DNA of 64,000 nucleotides from an uncultured Prevotella sp. (GTDB taxonomy: Bacteria > Bacteroidota > Bacteroidia > Bacteroidales > Bacteroidaceae). The notes under the pieces are model-generated. The model saw nothing but the letters and a program-made list of their open reading frames with translations, searched no databases and was not told the DNA's origin. The stretch covers positions 80,304-144,303 of the forward strand of contig CAMOVK010000001.1 of NCBI GenBank assembly GCA_946627325.1, in the 5' to 3' direction. Positions 59,397-64,000 of the stretch are shown here, one piece after another (the stretch's first letter is position 1; each line of letters opens with the position of its first letter). Made by a program: the position numbers and the translations under genes.

Positions 59397-60817
59397 AAAA
59401 TCAGTACATTTATGGGGTTATAGCGATAGTTGCCGCGGCTATCGTCGTTGCCTATTTCTCAATTGGCAACCCCTATAACAACGCGCCAATGAAGGCTGAA
59501 GCCGATTCGCTCACACGGGCATCGATGATGGCACTCAACGTTGACAGCTTTGCCAAAGCGTACCATTGTTTGAGCGAAGCACAAACAATCTACAATGCCA
59601 TCGACGACAAAGCTGGGCAAATGACGGTCAAGGCAAATATGGCAATCGTCTATTACGGATTAGAACTATACGAAGATGCTAAACGAGAAATAGACATAGT
59701 AGAAAAAAACGTAAACCTTATCGACACCACACGACAAGTAATCTTCTATCGCATAAAGGCTATCGTAGAAACGATAGTAGAAAAAAACTACAATAAAGCC
59801 ATCGAAAGTATGCAGAAAGCCATAGCCATCGACAGGGCTATGGACAGCAAAATCAGCGCTATGCAAGACATGGCAAACCTCGCAGAGATATACATCTACA
59901 ACCAACAAAACGACAAGGCTAAGCAAACAATAGGCGAGATTGAAAAAATGGACACTATCGCACCCGACGACTACTCGTCGCAATTCTATTTCTGCAAGGG
60001 GAAACTCTACTTCACTGAACAAGATTACGACCAAGCATATCAAGTACTACAACGCTGTCTCGACTACAGTACGCGTTTCAATCAACCACACCTGCGATTG
60101 CAAGCACTCGACATCCTCTGCAGCATCGATAGCCTGCGCGACGACAAAGCAAACTACATCAACAACATCAAGAGTCGTATAAGTCTGAACGATAGCCTGA
60201 GCGGAAGCCGAATTACTCACCAAATAGCACGACTGCAAGAGCAACAACGCATAGAGATAGAGCATAAAAACATCGACAAGCAGCGCACACTACTCACGGT
60301 ATATATATTTGCAGGATTTATCATAGCAGCAATGCTCGCACTGATTTTCTTCATGCTTTACAGGCAAACGAAGGCACGAAACAGAGTAGTGAAGCTTGAA
60401 GCAGAGAAATTGGACTCTGAGATTATACTCGAACGAATGCAGAACGAACTGCTGCGACTCAAAGTAAATCAAAACGACGAAGAACTAAAAGAAGCTCGCA
60501 AGGAAAATCTTGCCATGTCGCTACAATTAGCATCTCTAAAGGACGATGATGCTTCAGGCGAACTGCAAACATTCGACGATACTTTCAGAAAACTAAACGA
60601 GAGTTTCGGTAACCAGTTGCGTGAGCGCTATCCGAACCTCACCAACAATGAGCAACGATTCCTCTGCTTGATTAAGTTAGGCATGACCTCTTCCGAAATG
60701 ATGTCGGTGCTGAATGTTTCGCAGAGCGGCATATACAAAATGCGTTATCGGTTGAAAAAGAAACTCAACCTGCGTGGCGATGAAACGATTGAAAAATTAC
60801 TCGCTACAATAGACTAA
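59393..60817 (+). CDS. membrane-anchored TPR protein with C-terminal LuxR-type HTH
   Basis: N-terminal TM/signal, TPR-like helices, second TM helix, coiled coil, YPNLTNNEQRFLCLIKLGM...YKMRYRLKKKL. Confidence 0.8.
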   Translation: MKNQYIYGVIAIVAAAIVVAYFSIGNPYNNAPMKAEADSLTRASMMALNVDSFAKAYHCLSEAQTIYNAIDDKAGQMTVKANMAIVYYGLELYEDAKREIDIVEKNVNLIDTTRQVIFYRIKAIVETIVEKNYNKAIESMQKAIAIDRAMDSKISAMQDMANLAEIYIYNQQNDKAKQTIGEIEKMDTIAPDDYSSQFYFCKGKLYFTEQDYDQAYQVLQRCLDYSTRFNQPHLRLQALDILCSIDSLRDDKANYINNIKSRISLNDSLSGSRITHQIARLQEQQRIEIEHKNIDKQRTLLTVYIFAGFIIAAMLALIFFMLYRQTKARNRVVKLEAEKLDSEIILERMQNELLRLKVNQNDEELKEARKENLAMSLQLASLKDDDASGELQTFDDTFRKLNESFGNQLRERYPNLTNNEQRFLCLIKLGMTSSEMMSVLNVSQSGIYKMRYRLKKKLNLRGDETIEKLLATID

Positions 60818-60850
60818 TGAGTAAATAAAGACAAAACGCTAACTATCCCT

Positions 60851-62275
60851 TTATTCCTTTTTCTTGCATCGTCCGCATCCAGTGCCATCAAAACAGTGGG
60901 TGCATAGTCGGTGCTTGGGTAAACCTATCGACTTCACAAGCGCTTCAAGCGGGTTGAAAGAAAGCGACGTCAGACCCAATCGGCGACCAATCTCCTCCAC
61001 CATGCGCTTATATTCTGGCGAATCAGTAACGGTGTATCGAGCAAAGTCGGTAAACTCCTCGCCTTCAAAGTCACGTATAATGCGACGACTAATAAGTTCA
61101 AGGTCGGTTCTTGATGCCGAGAAACCAATAAATGGACAGCCATAAACCAGCGGAGGACACGATATTCGAGCATGAACCTCACGCGCTCCACAATCGAAGA
61201 ATGTGCGCACATTGTCGCGCAACTGCGTACCTCTAACTATCGAATCATCGCAGAAAACCACACGGTTATCTTTTAGAAGGGTTTCGTTTGGTATGAGTTT
61301 CATTTTAGCCACCAACTCGCGCCTCACCTGTTTACCTGGAGTGAAACTGCGCGGCCATGTGGGAGTATATTTCAACACAGCCGACTGATAAGGTATCTTG
61401 TGACCTTTAGCATATCCAAGCGCCATACCTACTCCAGAGTCAGGTATGCCGCAAACTATGTCTGCTTCAGTTTTATCAGCCTCGCCAAGCATTCGTCCAC
61501 ACTCCTCGCGAACTTTTTCCGTATTGACTCCTTCATAGTTGCTTGCTGGGAAGCCATAATAAACCCACAGAAAAGAGCATATCTGCATATCTTTCTGAGG
61601 TTCTTGAAGCACTTCGATGCCATGAGGGCGAAGGCGTACAATCTCGCCAGCACCTACATCGCGCACCACCTTAAAGTCGAGATTAGGGAAACTCGTTGAT
61701 TCGCTCGTTGCAGCAAACGCACCATCTTTCTGACCTATCACAATCGGTGTACGCCCCATATAATCACGAGCAGCAATGATGCCATCTTCGGTAAGAACAA
61801 GCATAGAGCACGAACCCTCCACCTTTTCATACACGAGGTTTATTCCTTCAACGAACGATTTACCCATATTGATAAGCAGTGCTACGAGCTCTGTCTGATT
61901 GATATTGTTGGCAGACATCTCGCTGAAATGCATTTTTTCAGCAAGGAGTTCGGCTGCTATATCGCGGATATTATTAATTTTTGCCACTGTCACTACAGCA
62001 TACCTGCCCAGATGGGAATTTACTATGATTGGTTGGGGGTCGGTGTCACTTATTACTCCGAGCCCTTGGCAGCCTACGAACTTATCGAGTTCGTCTTCAA
62101 ACTTTGAGCGGAAATAGTCGCGCTCGAGGCTGTGAATCTTTCTCGAGAAGCCCTTTTCGGGGTCGAATGTTACCATACCTGCACGCTTTGTGCCGAGATG
62201 TGAATTGTAGTCAGTTCCGTAAAACAAATCGTTTACGCAGCTCTTAACAGAGATAGTGCCAAAAAAACCACCCAT
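60851..62275 (-). CDS. purF: amidophosphoribosyltransferase
   Basis: GIPDSG, RSF, DDSIVRGT PRPP-binding loop, CPP...C, CTHC. Start MGGFFG at 62275. Confidence 0.92.
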   Translation of the reverse strand: MGGFFGTISVKSCVNDLFYGTDYNSHLGTKRAGMVTFDPEKGFSRKIHSLERDYFRSKFEDELDKFVGCQGLGVISDTDPQPIIVNSHLGRYAVVTVAKINNIRDIAAELLAEKMHFSEMSANNINQTELVALLINMGKSFVEGINLVYEKVEGSCSMLVLTEDGIIAARDYMGRTPIVIGQKDGAFAATSESTSFPNLDFKVVRDVGAGEIVRLRPHGIEVLQEPQKDMQICSFLWVYYGFPASNYEGVNTEKVREECGRMLGEADKTEADIVCGIPDSGVGMALGYAKGHKIPYQSAVLKYTPTWPRSFTPGKQVRRELVAKMKLIPNETLLKDNRVVFCDDSIVRGTQLRDNVRTFFDCGAREVHARISCPPLVYGCPFIGFSASRTDLELISRRIIRDFEGEEFTDFARYTVTDSPEYKRMVEEIGRRLGLTSLSFNPLEALVKSIGLPKHRLCTHCFDGTGCGRCKKKE

Positions 62276-62534
62276 AGCAAAATCAGTGTGTGTGTTAAAA
62301 ATTCCTCGCAAAGGTAAAATTAAAATAGACAAACTGCAAAATATACTTCTATTTTTCGACTATATCTATTCCTAGATAGCCACTACAATATTATTGCATG
62401 AAAACAAAAAAAACATTACTTTTGCGGCGCAAAAAAGCCTGATTGGAGAAAATCAACCGACAAGATTCGCTTGTTGTTGACATCCTATTCACTATAAACA
62501 GCAGAAACTTACCTAAAGAACGCCACAAGAGATT

Positions 62535-63344
62535 ATGCCAACGTCAGGAAACATCCAGTTCACTGTCAATTCCGGCTATAAAAGTCCATTCCTATTCGCC
62601 GACACCACGTTGTTCGAGACTATTAGCATCGACCGATATGGAGTGGCTGCCGACCCCGTTCCTTACTCTCGAGGCAAAGACAACGCCATTACATCGTTGC
62701 TGATAATATGTCTTATAATAGCCGCAGTAGCCGTAGGCAAATCGAAACATTTCATTATAAGAAATACTAAAAAATTCTTTTCTGCAAACGATGGCAGACA
62801 AAGAAAACTCATGGCAAACGAAACAGCAAGCGAGGTGAATTTCCAATTAATTCTGGCAACTATCACTTGTGCACTGCTTGCAATCGTTTTCTACTTCTTC
62901 TCATCGGAGGATGTAGCTGATATAGTTGGTCAGCCTGTGCAATACTGGTCGCTAACGCTTTACTTTGCTGCATTTCTGATATATATGATAATACGTTTTG
63001 GACTTTACAACTGCATTGGTTGGGTATTCTTCTCTCCCAGCCAAAATCAGCAATGGAACATGTCGCTATTGCTCATCACAGCCCTCGAAGCCGTGGCACT
63101 ACTACCTATTGTGATGCTCATAACATATTTTAATATGGATATTCAGACTGCTATAAATTATGTAATAATTGCCTACATAATCTTCTCTACAATTACTTTC
63201 TTCAAGGCTTATCTCATCTTTTTCCGCAGAAAAGGTGGTTTTTTCCAAATGATTTTATACTTTTGTGCGCTCGAAATTGTACCCTTCGTAATGTTAATAG
63301 GAGGGCTATTCGAACTGAATAACATACTGAAGATAAGTAATTAA
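62535..63344 (+). CDS. DUF4271-like membrane protein
   Basis: GVAADPVPY, multiple TM helices, ILYFCALEIVP motif; upstream of hemD as usual in Bacteroidales. Confidence 0.8.
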   Translation: MPTSGNIQFTVNSGYKSPFLFADTTLFETISIDRYGVAADPVPYSRGKDNAITSLLIICLIIAAVAVGKSKHFIIRNTKKFFSANDGRQRKLMANETASEVNFQLILATITCALLAIVFYFFSSEDVADIVGQPVQYWSLTLYFAAFLIYMIIRFGLYNCIGWVFFSPSQNQQWNMSLLLITALEAVALLPIVMLITYFNMDIQTAINYVIIAYIIFSTITFFKAYLIFFRRKGGFFQMILYFCALEIVPFVMLIGGLFELNNILKISN

Positions 63345-63353
63345 ACTGCTCAA

Positions 63354-64000
63354 ATGATTAAGAAAATTCTTGTTTCACAGCCGCAGCCATCAAGCGAGAA
63401 ATCGCCATACTACGACATAGCCAAAGACTTTGGAGTAGAAATAGTTTTCCGACCTTTCATCAAGGTTGAAGGGCTGACTGCCAAAGAGTTCAGACAGCAG
63501 AAAGTGAACATCCTCGAACACTCGGCAGTAATCTTTACATCACGCCATGCCATTGACAATTACTTCACGATAGCAAAAGAAATGCGCATTGCTATACCAC
63601 AAACAATGAAGTATTTCTGCGTGACTGAACAAATAGCACTATACATCCAAAAATACGTACAGTACAGAAAACGAAAGATATTCTATGGCACTTCAGGCAA
63701 AATGCCCGACCTTGTACAGCTCATGCTAAAGCATAAAGAAGAGAATTTCCTGCTGCCCATGAGCGACGTTCACAACAATGAAGTGCCTGATATGCTTACG
63801 AGTAAAGGACTGAAGCACACCGAATGCATCATGTATCGCACCGTAAGCAACGATTTCACACAAGAAGAAATAGATAGTTTCGACTACGATATGATGATAT
63901 TCTTCAGCCCTGCAGGTATCCATTCGCTGTCGAAAAACTTCCCCAACTTCAAACAAGGGAAGATAAAAATCGCAGCCTTCGGACCGACAACGGCAAAAGA
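63354..64000 (+). CDS. hemD: uroporphyrinogen-III synthase (runs off the window end)
   Basis: Manual translation MIKKILVSQPQPSSEKSPYYDIAKDFGVEIVFRPFIKVEG...IFTSRHAID...MYRTVSND...FFSPAGI. Confidence 0.9.
   Translation, partial: MIKKILVSQPQPSSEKSPYYDIAKDFGVEIVFRPFIKVEGLTAKEFRQQKVNILEHSAVIFTSRHAIDNYFTIAKEMRIAIPQTMKYFCVTEQIALYIQKYVQYRKRKIFYGTSGKMPDLVQLMLKHKEENFLLPMSDVHNNEVPDMLTSKGLKHTECIMYRTVSNDFTQEEIDSFDYDMMIFFSPAGIHSLSKNFPNFKQGKIKIAAFGPTTAK

Overview
Chromosomal window from a Prevotella-like Bacteroidales genome. It holds mostly housekeeping genes: asd, prfB, an acyl-CoA ligase, envC-like, dut, folP, cdaA, ackA, ribF, gyrB, the mraZ-ftsZ dcw cluster, a glsA/glsB-like acyltransferase pair, murF, a dGTPase, an S41 protease, purF and hemD. 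It also holds a UbiA plus HAD/membrane-fusion pair and several large secreted proteins with T9SS-like C-terminal tails. The most striking non-gene structure is five intergenic arrays of a 22-bp palindromic unit (G[G/A]AAAG-N5-CTTT[C/T]C-N5) spaced 6.6-12 kb apart. At these arrays the strand composition appears to flip: the + strand is T/G-rich on the left and A/C-rich on the right, even between co-oriented genes. It flips back roughly midway between arrays. This rests on by-eye reading and a few hand-counted 60-nt lines and needs a proper skew computation. A candidate stand-alone sRNA lies at about 53.58-53.68 kb. No tRNA, rRNA, CRISPR array or transposase was seen.
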